A DNA stretch of 64,000 nucleotides. Origin: Nemertoderma westbladi (taxonomy: Eukaryota > Animalia > Xenacoelomorpha). Positions 48,480 through 60,630 of the stretch are shown here, in pieces. The stretch is from NCBI GenBank assembly GCA_032718475.1, contig JAUCBJ010003342.1, forward strand, positions 50,216 through 114,215. Reading direction: 5' to 3'. How positions within the stretch are numbered: the first letter of the stretch is position 1; the number at the start of each line of letters is the position of its first letter. A program made the position numbers and the translations under genes. Under the pieces are notes generated by a model, which was not told the origin of the DNA, did not search any database, and saw nothing but the letters and a program-made list of their open reading frames with translations.

Positions 48480-49070
48480 AGTAGTAGTAGGGGGGTTGTG
48501 GGCACCGTAAGCGCCACGTAGAAAGTAGTAAGAGAGGGGTTGTGGGCACCGGAAGCGCCACGTAGAAAGTAGTAGCAGAGAGTGGTTGTGGGCACCGGAA
48601 GCGCCACGTAGATAGAGGTATTAGTGGAGGTGGAGATGTAGATAGAGTAGAGTGGTAGAGATGGGCACATAGGGTGCCAGCTAGTAGAGTTAGAGATAGT
48701 AGAGAGTTAGTAGAGTTAGAAAGATAGTAGCAGAGTAGAAGCAGTAGTAGAGTGGTTGTGGGCACCGTTAGCGCCACGTAGATGGAGGTAGAGTTAGTAA
48801 GAGGGTACGTAGTACCGGTTGTGGTTGTGGGCACCGTTAGCGCCACGTAGATGGAGGTAGAGTTAGTAAGAGGGTACGTAGTACCGGTTGTGGTTGAGGG
48901 CACCGTTAGCGCCACGTAGATGGAGGTAGAGTTAGTAAGAGGGTACGTAGTACCGGTTGTGGTTGTGGGCACCGTTAGCGCCACGTAGATAAAGGTAGAG
49001 TTAGTAAGAGGGTTTAGTTAGAAGTAGTAGAATGGTTGTGGGCACCACAAGCGCCACGTAGATGGAGGAT
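48480..49070. repeat. Tandem repeats (44-46 and 69-bp periods) in the 3' UTR of element C
   Basis: Core ggttgtgggcaccgttagcgccacgtaga occurs 8 times. Confidence 0.9.
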
Positions 49071-49654
49071 TTTAGTCAGAGTTAGAAAAGAGTTAGTAGA
49101 CTTAGCAGAAAGTTAGAGAGTTCTAGTTAGAGTTAGTAGAAAGTTAGAGGCTTTAGTTAGAGCTAGAAGTAGTAAGAGTTAGCAGAGAGTAGAGTAGAGT
49201 TAGTAGAGTTAGGAGTTAGTTAGAGTTAGAGAAGTTAGATAGTTAGCAAGTTAGACCTTAGATACGGTAGATAGTATGATAGCACAGGGGTAGCATTAGA
49301 GGTCAGGGCCTTAGAGAGTGGCAGGGAGTAGAGAGGAGATAGTGAAAGGAACTGTTGGCGAGAGAGAAGAGTGCGATTCAGGTGTGGGGAGAGGGTAAGA
49401 GCGAGTTGAGTCAGAGAGCGGAGTTAGAGTGGTAAGAGTGTTGGGGAAACAAAAATTGTGTGAGAGAAGTGCACGATCGGCCCGACACGAGACGCCAGAG
49501 GGTAGTGACATCATACCCATAGGGAGCGGCCCGGAAAGCCGACTCCAAGAAAATAACTCCACCCCACACCCGATAATAGATCGGGATCCAGCGGAATTGT
49601 AGCGCACTTTAGTTGGATGCTATCTTCTTACCGGGAAGATAGCATGGGGGGGAG

Positions 49655-50196
49655 TGTTAGCTTATCCAATTCCGCTAACACAAACCCATAGAGTGAGCCA
49701 TTAAGCAATATTGGGAGCACGAGGTTGATTACCAATATCAACCTCGTGTTACCCCAATAAAGTGGGAAGGGAAGGAGAAACACACAATGGAGGGTCAGGG
49801 GCCAAACCCCTAACCAAGAGAGAACACAAGGAGTGAAGGGAAACACTCCAAAGGGTGCCAACAGGGATATCAACCAATCAGAGGGGGGAAAGGCATCGAT
49901 TAGGTACAGCAATAAGGCCACCGTGCAATATAACCAGTTACCAGTAATCATACCAGTCAGTTATCCCAGTATCATATTGGTGCTAGTTAGGTTAGATAGT
50001 TTAGCTAGGGAAGGACCGGGACTTTAGTTACCGTATCCCGCCTTCCGTGTACAACAACCTATCTGCCTATATCTATATCTTATTACACTGATCATTATAT
50101 ACACCGAACATCAGAACTCATTTTACTCTTTACACACGGCGGGGACGCGTGAACTAAACATCGGATAAATCGGGATCCCTCCTGGATCCCGTCACA
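49655..50196 (+). repeat. 3' LTR of element C (542 bp)
   Basis: Matches 42581-43118. Confidence 0.95.
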
Positions 50197-52521
50197 GAGT
50201 TCGAATTGTCCATGTCGGAGTTTCTTTTGTATCTCGGTAAGGGTCTCAAAAGAATAATCAATCACATCGGAACACGCTCGAGTAAATACGTGGGTAGAAC
50301 CAGCTAGTCCTCGTATGTGTATCATTCGCGTAGTTCCTAGTTCTCCAACCGGAATGCTACCTTCGTTATCGTAAGTGACAACTCCATACATCTCGATAAC
50401 GTTAAGAGTCTCATTCCACTCTTTAGTGGCGTTTTCTAGAGTCATTCCCACTGGATGCCACAAGGTAGCGCATTCGCTAGCATTAGGTAGATCTCTATAC
50501 TTTAAATATTGTGTAGTATATGTTTCTACATCTCCATATCGTTGTATTCTTTCCTCCTCGAATAACACGTCGAGATTCCAGTGTACTAATCGAGTTTTGA
50601 TGAATCCATCAAGATTATACGGAGGTATTGTCTCTTTCTCTATTCTGGAAACATTATAGGGTTTTCGAAATGAGTTTACTTTAACTAACTGATCCAGATG
50701 TTTCTGCAGTTGTTCGAGTTCGACAAGATCGAGAGGATTTATTAGTGGTAGAAACCTCAGACTATGTGTAGGATCTTCCGGTTTTACCATGTAATATTGC
50801 GTTAGATTGACGTAATAAGGGTGATCTTTGATCCCATAAAACGAGTTCGGTAAAGGTCTAGCGCGTATGTTAACATCGTGTACCATACGACGGACAAGAT
50901 CCGCTCTATTGTCCGGAGGTTCAACGAGTATACCATCTACAAGAGCGGCCTCGATTGGCGGACGTTGCAACATGGGAGCGTCAGCGATAAGATCTCGAGA
51001 TCTTAGGTTGATATCAACCAGTTGAGGCTGTGCCGTGGCGAAGAGTTTGTCTCCGAAATGGGGAACCATCAAAGGATGGATGATGGTTTTAGAATAGAGA
51101 TCCGTCATAAGAATTTGAGCTTCTGGCTGAGCTAAAGCTGCTTCTTCTCTCTCATCCATTTCTATGTGTTTCTCCTCGAGCTGATTTTCCTCCGCTTGTT
51201 GTTGTAAACGCTCGTCTAGGAACTCTTGTAAAGAGTAGGTTCGTCCACGTTCGATGTCTTCCTCGAGATTCTGGATTTCTCTATTGAACTGGGGTAAAGC
51301 TAATTCTTTCACCACTTGGACTTGTTGCTGCAATTTGCGTTTCTCTAAACAATCGTAAGTTCCTTTTCCGATTTTCTGCCGAATAGCGTCTAACGCGTTT
51401 CGTACAACGCTCTCTTCGACTTCAGTAACGGGTTGTATCGGGTTTAAGCCTGGACGGTTGTACGGGTTAAACGGCGATATTAGATGACCGCGTCCTAATC
51501 TGGCTAGGTAGGGTTGGCGAATATCTAGTGAGCCTACTACTGGAGTGCCACCGATCAACTGTTCGGGCAACACAAGATCTTTAAATAGTGAGTACAGTTC
51601 AGGGGGATCCATTATACTATTAGGATCAAGCGTTTGAGGTCTCACTGAGGAATGAGGAGGTCTGACCGAGTATTCCGGAACTCTGATCATTGGTTTATTC
51701 AAGGATCGTTTGAGTCGAGCGAGTATAGGTGATACGTCGAACAGGTTTCGCTCGAAACTCCCATAAGTATATCGTGTAAAACTGTGTTTAGCGCAACGTC
51801 TCCGCGGGTGTTTATGTCTTTCCGTTTGCTTATTGGGTCTAGGGCATTCGTCGCAGTAATACCAAAGACGCACGTCCTGCAGGGGAAACGCGGGTGATCG
51901 TTCTCCAGTTTTACAATATTCCTCCATCTGTTTGAAGCTATCTGGGACGACAGGTAGCGGTCGATCAGCGGTAAGATACATCATAGTGAAATAGAGTCGT
52001 TTGAGTTCTATCATAGGGTCATGATGTATACCTTGAGGATATCGAGTTTCTAGATTTTGTTGACTGGCAATATTGAGATATGTTTCTCTCAGGAATTCCA
52101 GATAATCGTTGAAGTCGCTGTGTTTATCCGGCTCTTCAACGTCTTCCCTTTCGAGTCTGTTTCGAATAGTATTCTCTTGTTCTATTCTCGGTTTATCGTT
52201 CCAACTCCGCTGGGTATGATATTTAAATAAAACCATTTCCCTTTCGGTGTCTACATCGTCCGTATCGTGTAAATCGATAGGATGGCCAGTAGTTAAGAAG
52301 TCCATATACGTACCATTACGATGCGTATAGTGAGCGGTGAATTTTCTATAATCCAATTCACGCGTAAGTTGCTCCTGGGACATTGGCGGTTCGATATAAC
52401 GACCATCGTCCTCCGTAGTAGTTGGACCAGCGTCGCCGCGTATCAAGCTATCCACAAACGCTTGTAAAGGTAGAGTATATCGCTCCCTGATACCAAGATC
52501 ATCTTCTATCAACTCAGTCAT
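50197..52521 (-). CDS. Element B ORF3, N-terminal 775 aa, including a Cys/His cluster, coiled coil and exonuclease motif I
   Basis: Uninterrupted ORF from ATG 52521; YCDEC..HKH..C..H; VVTYDNEG (DxE); the last 33 aa of the tracked 808-aa ORF are read-through into the C LTR. Confidence 0.85.
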
Positions 52522-54227
52522 ATCTGCTACATGAGTTTATCATTATTATAATGAGTTTATATTTAGGCTAGCGGGCGTCGCTGCCTACCCCTCTCTGCCC
52601 CCGGACAGTGCAAGATCCTCAGCGCCGATGTACCGTCGTCGCTGTGTTTTCGCCAACGTAGTAGCTACACAACGACAACGATAACCGGCACAAGTCACTC
52701 CACTGTCCGTCCCTAAGGCTTAGATTTACTTCAGGTTCTTGCTGCAGAGTTAGGGCTACTTTCACAATTGCGACTCGCTACTGTAAACACACTTTAGTAG
52801 TAACATTCACCTATAAACGCACAAATTCCACACAACTGTCACAAATTATACATATTCGGGCCATTTGTCCGTTAGTCAAGTGCCTTCCAGAATGCCACGT
52901 TATTATTATGTATCCTTGGATACTAGCAGTGTGCTATTTGTTCCCTATGCTATTCAATGGGGCAAGCTTTCTATTGTTCTTTTAACTCACTTCTAATTCT
53001 AGCGTGGTTGTTGCTATGGTGACATTATGGAAAGCTAGCGGTAGAATTAGGGTAATTCTCATGCATACAGATCTGGGATGCTATTTAATAGTAATTCTTT
53101 AATTGTCAATATTCCTCTTTATACATGATTTTATGAATTTTATCGGCTATTGACTATATATTGGAGATTCTCGCACACTAATATACTTAATAGAGTGAAT
53201 CTCCGCTCCCATGATCTATTAATTAATGGAATTTTGGGAATGTTATAAATTGTATAAAAATGACAATTTATCAAATTCATTAAAAGATATGAATTTAAAT
53301 TTATTCCCGTAAATTTTATTATTTAATATTAAAATAGACACAATTTTATTCCAGAACATATCTGGGGGGACTGGGATCCTTGATTCTAGGAAATTTGTCC
53401 TTTTAAGAGTATCGGCAAGTGCTACGATATCTTAATTGACTAGAATTTTAAAGGATCTAAATTTTGACAGATTTTAATTTATAGATTTTCTAGAGTTAAC
53501 TGGTAAGTAGTTACTCTATTGTATCTGTTTGACAGATTTTATAAATATTAATAGTTAATATTTAAGATGGGCACCGGTTTATTCCAGAACATGTCTGGGG
53601 ACGTTAACCACTGATTCTAGAATTTTTGTCTTTTAAGTATATCGGTGGGTGCCGCGATATCTTAATCGACTAGAATTACAGATGGTCAAAGGGTTTAACA
53701 GATTTATTTTGTGTTTTACGCTACTGTTAAAGGGACATCACGCTACTATATGTATTATTTAATATACGGTATGAGAGCAATATCGCACGAAGCAATGTCA
53801 GTGAGAAGAGGCAAGTCGTTTCCAAGGTCTACCCAGAGCTTGGTTTAGCCGAGACACGAGGATCTGAATTTTGCATTCCTAATACTCTACTTTACCAATA
53901 ATACTTGAATATAGTAGGAGCTTTATTGTACTTTAATAAGTACGGATATTTCATCTTACTGTAGTTACATATTTGTAATGTAATACGGACAGTAAGGAAA
54001 GAGAAAAATTATTATTTCTCGCCGTCGCGGTAAATATATAATATATAAGTAATTAAGTAATAAACACTAATATATATTGCACTAATCTACTAAATAATCG
54101 CTAAAATAACATTCTACTAAATAAAATTAAAGAAAACGATTATAATAAAATTACATAATAATACGTACCTAAATATAAAATAATAAGAATATAAAATAAT
54201 ATAGTCACACACCCACTCCAGACGCTG

Positions 54228-54860
54228 TTACGTTGGGGAGTCCCTAGATGTTTGTTGGATTAGGGAGGTGGTCGTGGGAAGAGTATCTTGCCTTCCATAG
54301 TTTCCGGACAGTTCTCTGCCTCTTTCCAGTAAACATAAACGACCAACTGGGCGATTGAGTTGTTGTGTTTCGAATACAATTCCAGGTTTCCTCTTCGTCC
54401 TGGAATAGTGACGATAGAAACATCGCTTCAAATACACAACGGCCTTACAAAGCCGATTCCAGGATCTATAGTGGTCCATCGCTCCCGGCAGGAGAGGTGA
54501 GAGTCCCGGCGAGACGTCTGGTGTTCCAGATCTCCAGTCTCTCTCTCTGATCTCCACAACAGATCGGTTCGCGGTGGGGGAGTTTAGATCCACAGTGTCG
54601 TCCCTGGCAATGTGTAGTACAGACAGATCTATCCCGGGTTTAAATAACCTTGATTTACTCGTCCGGGTTTTAGGTTTGACTTTCTCCGCTCCCATGGCTT
54701 GTCCAATCTCAGCCGTGGTAAGATGGGGAGGCCATTCATCTTCTTTACTTAGGAAGTCGGGTCCACCTAACCAGTCTGGAGTATCTGTCAGTTCTTGAGG
54801 AGTTGCTCCTCTGGAAGAGATGTCGGCTAGATTAATCGTCTCGGGGCAATGTCTCCATGA
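54228..54860 (-). pseudogene. pol: Deleted pol remnant of element B (end of RNase H region fused to last integrase residues)
   Basis: WRHCPETINLADISSRG..WLGGPDFL..EWP; SWNRLCKAVVYLKR; RPVGRLCLLE, with no RT or DDE core. Confidence 0.85.
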
Positions 54861-56011
54861 TCTACATTGGAGTTAATATCGTCATTATCTGAGGAGTATG
54901 GTGTTCCCTCAGTTAGGTCGTCAACTTCACTGCTCTCTACTTCCCATTCACTTAATTGATATACCTGTTCCTTTGGTAATCTTTCCATGAGAGTTCTACG
55001 GGAAGGGCCAGTAAAGTACCAACCTACTCTAGTTCTTCCCGCATAGACTTGTAATGGTTGCGGTTGAACAGGCCGTTTCTCCAATGTCTCTAGCGCTTCA
55101 TGCGCATTTTGGCCGATGAGTATTTGCACTCCAGGGTAATCTGTGTTGAATCTAGGTATATTAAGCTGCTGGGTGGAATCGTCCTCATCCCAGTTATAAG
55201 GTTCTACTTGGCTGGTAGCGAAGTTCTTTATCGCCACCATTTTTACTGACCTTATACTATGTTCTCCTAGTTCATCCTGGGGGGTGGACAACGCACCTAC
55301 ATAATAATCCGCTATTACTGTAGATTTCCAAACCTGCATAATTCCTGACATGTTTAACTTAGTTCGGAACTTGGGTTGTCCAGCAAAGATGTCTTCGGCT
55401 AGTTCTTTGTCGATGAATGTTCCTGTGCTACTGGAGTCAAGGAGGGCGTTCACTATATAACTCCTTTTAGGTCCGTGGACCCTCAACTGTACTACTGGAA
55501 ATTCTCGGATTCCTACATTGGAAGTTGGTGCTTTCCAAGATGGTTGTCGGTCAGAAGTAGTTAGGGGGAGCTCGCTATCGGTGTCCTTTTCATACATAAG
55601 TGCTCGATACACTGCGGTATTTATCAGGTAACAGGATTCGTTTTCATCGGAGAATTCGTCCGTATAGAATCCTTCCATCTCAGAACTTTGGTCAGTGTCG
55701 TTCACATCACTGAATTGGACATGCAGTTCGGAATCACTTACCTGACTCGGGCTGTTTCGTTCGAATTCAGTATGCAATAAGAGATGATGTTTTGCGCCGC
55801 ACTTCACACACCTTGCGTCTGAGTAACAGGTTCGCCGTTGGTGTCCTTGTCTGAGGCAATTATAACACAACCGCTTATCCCACATGACTTCCCGTCTATC
55901 CTTTAATGATTTCTTTAGGAATTCATCACACACATTCAAACGGTGGGTCCCGTCACATAGCGCACATTTCGGTTTGATATTACTTACCTTATTTTGAGTA
56001 ACGTTGTGCAC
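54827..56011 (-). CDS. gag-pro: Element B Gag zinc knuckles plus aspartic protease
   Basis: CALC..HRLNVC; CYNCLRQGHQRRTC..CVKCGAKHHLLLH; ALLDSSSTGTFI; ILIGQN; TRVGW. Confidence 0.9.
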   Translation of the reverse strand: MHNVTQNKVSNIKPKCALCDGTHRLNVCDEFLKKSLKDRREVMWDKRLCYNCLRQGHQRRTCYSDARCVKCGAKHHLLLHTEFERNSPSQVSDSELHVQFSDVNDTDQSSEMEGFYTDEFSDENESCYLINTAVYRALMYEKDTDSELPLTTSDRQPSWKAPTSNVGIREFPVVQLRVHGPKRSYIVNALLDSSSTGTFIDKELAEDIFAGQPKFRTKLNMSGIMQVWKSTVIADYYVGALSTPQDELGEHSIRSVKMVAIKNFATSQVEPYNWDEDDSTQQLNIPRFNTDYPGVQILIGQNAHEALETLEKRPVQPQPLQVYAGRTRVGWYFTGPSRRTLMERLPKEQVYQLSEWEVESSEVDDLTEGTPYSSDNDDINSNVDHGDIAPRRLI

Positions 56012-56034
56012 ACTCGTTCTTTCTTCGGGCTTTC

Positions 56035-59000
56035 TTACCTGAATTCTCTTAGGAGACGTAGGAGGAGTTTTCTTACCTGTTCTCTCCTGTCATTGGTTCG
56101 AGACTTGAATTTACTTACGTCTTTAGGCGTTTTATTGACATAATAAGATCTTTCAGTGTCTTTCCCGCTGTCTTCTTCTTGAGAAGCCTGGCTTTCGCTG
56201 TCATCGGTATAACACACTGGTGTTACCTTTCTCCTAGAAACGGGTTTCTCACTAACCTTGTTTTCCGGTGTCTTCTCTCTGGACTGCTTTAGGAGCTGTA
56301 ATTTCACTTCTCCATCTAAGAATGACATGAGATCAGCCATGGTAGGGTCTCGTCGTTGTTGTTCCATCATATATAACACTTTCTTATCCCAGCGTGTACC
56401 TACTCCACCCTTAGGTAAAGTAGAGGCCACGGCTCCAATAACCATAGAACTCTGATATTCATGAGACTTACCTAGCCAATCAAATTGTCTACAGATCTCC
56501 TGAATCTCATAGGAAAACTCTATAATCCCACTGCTAATGAACTTTCGGGGCGCTACCAATTTTGCATACAAATACCTAGCTATGTTATTCCTATTACCAT
56601 ACCTGGTGTTTAGTGTATCCCAAACTTGTCTTAATCCATCTGGATGTCCAATAAACTTTAACGCCATTAACTTGGGAGATCCTTCCAAGCACTCGATGAG
56701 GAATCTAAGTTTCTCTCCATTAGATAGCACAGAGTTCTGTATGTTATCTTTGTAATATTCATTAAAAGGTAACCATTTCATCTCATCTCCATTGAACTTG
56801 ACTATCTCTCCCACCTTTACCGCTTGACGGGCTTCGGTTCTAGCCATTTGACGCGTAAAACTTTCTTGGGCCATCGTGTTATTTAATATCGAGTTATCGG
56901 TATATAAATTTCTCGGATTATGATCAGGTCTATAGGGAATATCATTGTCAACCGGTTTATAATTACCCTTAATAGGGTTTACTATAGGAGTTTCCACTTC
57001 ACTAGCTGTATAGATGCGTGTAGGCTCCACACCTTGCGCATGAAATACTTCAGGCCTAACAGGTTGACACATTGTTACAGGGGGTGGTGGTATACCCTTT
57101 TGTGTATTTACTAATTTATCGCGTTCTAACGCGATACTTTGCTGCACTTCTTGCAACTCTAACCTACTTTCCCTTACTGTTCCCTTAAACTGATGAACAG
57201 TCTCCTGCATCTGCCCGAGCAGGAGATTCATCCCTCGCCGCCCCTCATCCACCCACTTGACCACCGAAGCGGGAGCCGCCAAAGGAGTAGCGGGCAGACG
57301 AGAGACGACGGGCGATAAATTCTTGATGTCTTGCTCGGCGTCCAGGACGGGTTCGGACTCGGGAACAGTCCTACTGGGCACAGGTAGTTTAGTACTGTGC
57401 AAAGGGAATTTAGAGGTAGGTTCTGGGAGTACAGGTGTCTCTATCACCGAAGGGGTGGCTTCGAGAACAGGCCTAATTATTTCAGGCTCATCTACTATAG
57501 TAGGGAGTCTTTCTATTTTAATTATTTGGTCTGTGGGTTCTATACTACCTAAGTCTGTGTTAGTTAGTTGCCTTCTAACAGCTGGGGGCAAATCAGGCAA
57601 TTTCTGACTGTGGGACATTCTTCTACGCCTACTTAAACGAGATCTATTTCCTCCGCCTTCAGGATCGGTGGTATCGCCTTCATCAGAGGATGTAAATCCC
57701 TGTCTTTTGGGAGTAGATCGACTCATCATCTGCATTTGACTAGCTGTTAACTGTTTATTTATGCAGTCTTGATTCTCTTGAATATTTTCCAACTCTAGTT
57801 GGGTGGTCTCTTCAGATGCTCTTCGTTCTGCTTCTGCCACTGCTCGCTTTCTTTCCGCTTCTGCAGCTTTTCTTTCCGCTTCTGCCGCTGCCGCTTATGC
57901 CTCTGCCGCTGCCTCTGCCGCTTTTCTTTCCACTTCTGCCACTTTTCTTTCTGCTTCTGCCGCTGCCACTGCCGCTGCTGCTGTCTTTCTGTCTTCTATA
58001 CGTTTTTTCTTGACTTGTTCTTCTTGGACCCTAGCGATGCGGAGCCTTTCATCAAATTTAGCTTGGTTCGCAGCTATCATATCTGCATCGATTGCGTCCA
58101 ACACAAGCTTGGCTCCTTCACTATTAGGGCTAAGTCCAGACAGCCATCTCCTCAACTCTTCGTCACCTACAAATCGTTGATAGTCTGACAGATAGATGTC
58201 AATAGCATCCCTCTTATGCGGTTTTTCTGCTGTCACTTCACTTTCCACTTGGGAAAAGGTAGCGTCTGTTGATTCTCCATGGGTTGAGCGCTCAGCCAAC
58301 TGAGATTTCCACGGGGCAGTTCTTTGAACTTTGAGACTCACCCGCTGAAACCAAGTCTTTACGGCAACTTGCAACGACGTGTCTTGTCTTCTTTTCGAAG
58401 CCTCCTCAAAGGCCGATAAGATTAGTCTGATTCTTAGAATTCTTTCTCTAACTTGATAAAGCAGCTCTCCCTGCTCTTGAGGTCCTTGTGGTTGTCGAAA
58501 CAGTTGTTCCTCTAATCGCTCCATAGAGCTGAAGAATCCCTGTACGTATCCTGCTGCTGACCTCTTCCACACAGCTGGATCGCTGGTTTCTTTTGTCACT
58601 CCCATCCTGTGTATGTCTTCCCAGGCAGCTTCCGATAAGTCAAACGGGAGTCCGGGTCCGGGGAAGTTCCATTGCGACTCGACAATAGAATTCAGTTCTT
58701 CCCTTGTATATCCCGCATAACTATCCTTGGTCGATCGCTTACTTCTCGCCCAATCAATCTGGTGTTCCTCCACCACAATCAATACCCTAGTGAGTACGGC
58801 TGCGGGAAGGATGAGAAGGGGATCCAAATAAACCGCATCTGCCATCTTTGCTCCGCACTCGGGTGTCAGCTCTATAGTATCCGCACTACTGGAGCTGTCG
58901 GGCCGCTGAGAAATAAGTTCTCGGCTCGAGTGTTGCTGCTGTTCCGCTGCTTCTTGGTCCCGCTTGACCTGAGCTCGAGTGCCTATGATAGACCTACGGT

Positions 59001-59160
59001 GTTGGACTAGCCTAGGGTCTGATACTACTACTGGAGGGATGATCTTTCTTACAGTAGGAGGTGAGTTGAACTTCGGTCTCACACGTTCCACACTCCTGTC
59101 TGGGTCACAGATGGTTGTATCTAGGAGACTGTCTGACAGGTTTTGCTTTGTGTCAGACAT
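56035..59160 (-). CDS. gag: Element B Gag (two ORFs, 57895-59160 and 56035-57840, interrupted in an AAEAERK repeat)
   Basis: KFNGDEMKWLPF..EKLRFLIECLEG..LNTRYG (Pao Gag core). Confidence 0.85.
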
Positions 59161-60619
59161 GTTTGTTTGTACAGTTGAATGCCTACTGCTATATTACAGT
59201 TTAAGCAAGTCTAGTAATTCAGTATCCCCGTTAGCCTAGTAATTAATTACCGATATCGTTACTATATGTAACGTCATATATATACAATATATTAGAATAC
59301 CGGTATACAATTATAGTATGTATATAAGTATTATTACAGACTAGGTTTGTCACAGAATACCGGTATATAATTTCAGCACAAATATATAAATATATAATAA
59401 GCCTATCGTGAATACCGGTATACAGCTTACACTTATAGTATATATAAGTATAATTATGGACTAGAATTAATTACAGAATACCGGTATATAATTTCAGCAC
59501 AAATATATAGAAATATATAATAGGCCTATCGCAAATACGGGTATGTCAATTATTTTAGAATAATTGAATTTCTGAATTTTAGGGGTTACTTGTTTACTTT
59601 ACTTTACTTGATTACCGTTATTTAAGCAGTAGTCCAACTGACATTAAGACCTAATTGATGTATGACAGGCCTACTATTTTATAAATCGGTTTGAGTTGAT
59701 TTATAATATATGTGTACCCGTTTAATGGGTTTTGTCAATATTTGAAATAAATGTTATTATTTCTGGGAAGGAGTCACTACACAGAAGCTGTGCGCTCTCA
59801 GTGAAGTGCTACTTGTTGGACACTAAAACAAATAATTCTAATTTACCTAAGTAACTTAATACCACAAATTGCATACAATTCGGGGTGAGATTACAATCTC
59901 TAAATAAACACAAAAATTACACGTACGAATTTTTAGGGTAATTTTACAAGGAGTCTACAAACCAGCCTAACAAAGGGTTAGAATATCTGGTTATTACAAA
60001 CAGACAGGATACTACGGTATTTGAAAATAACAAGCAGTAGTAAATATACTGCGTTGTCCAGATAGGAAAAATACCACCGTCTGACGACTTATAGCCGTAG
60101 CGCTATAAGTACTACGTTATATTTAACGGAGTGTTCCTACCTAGAAGTTAATTACCGCGGTCTACCAGAACCAACGTGCCTATTAACCACTTTACAACAC
60201 AAATATACTGCCTACACACTAATTACCTTCGGAAAGTATTGTACACTAAACCCTAAATTAGGTACAAGTACTTATATAACAAATAACCAGCAGTTAGAAA
60301 TACTTGTACAGCTAAAAGAACCATAGTATCTGCTGGAGTGACGGGGGCACAAAATCACCAGTCTTTACCTACGCCAAGCAGCCCTGATGTAGTACCGGGG
60401 TTAGTTTAACTATAACGGTATGTATAACAAACACAATTACTGTTGTACCTGTACTGCTGTAAGTACCGGTTCGGGTGGTTAGGTAGTTAGGCCTACTGGG
60501 TACCGGTTGACCGGTACTTCAGCTTTATTGCCTACTGCAATACAGAAGCAATAACTGTTATTGTTCTTACCAGAACAATATTAAACTGTATTTATTGCCT
60601 ACACTGCAATCAGAAGATC

Positions 60620-60630
60620 ATAACTGTTAT
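60620..60630 (-). promoter_or_regulatory. Non-canonical primer-binding-site position of element B (ATAACAGTTAT)
   Basis: Abuts the LTR; 10 of 11 nt complementary to LTR positions 61372-61382. Confidence 0.5.

Larger units (their letters stand above)
42581..50196 (+). mobile_element. BEL/Pao LTR retrotransposon C (7.6 kb), non-autonomous Gag-protease only, nested in ORF3 of B
   Basis: ~540-bp LTRs tgttagc..gtcaca; TSD GAGTT at 42576-42580 and 50197-50201; PPT GGGGGGGAG at 49646-49654. Confidence 0.96.
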
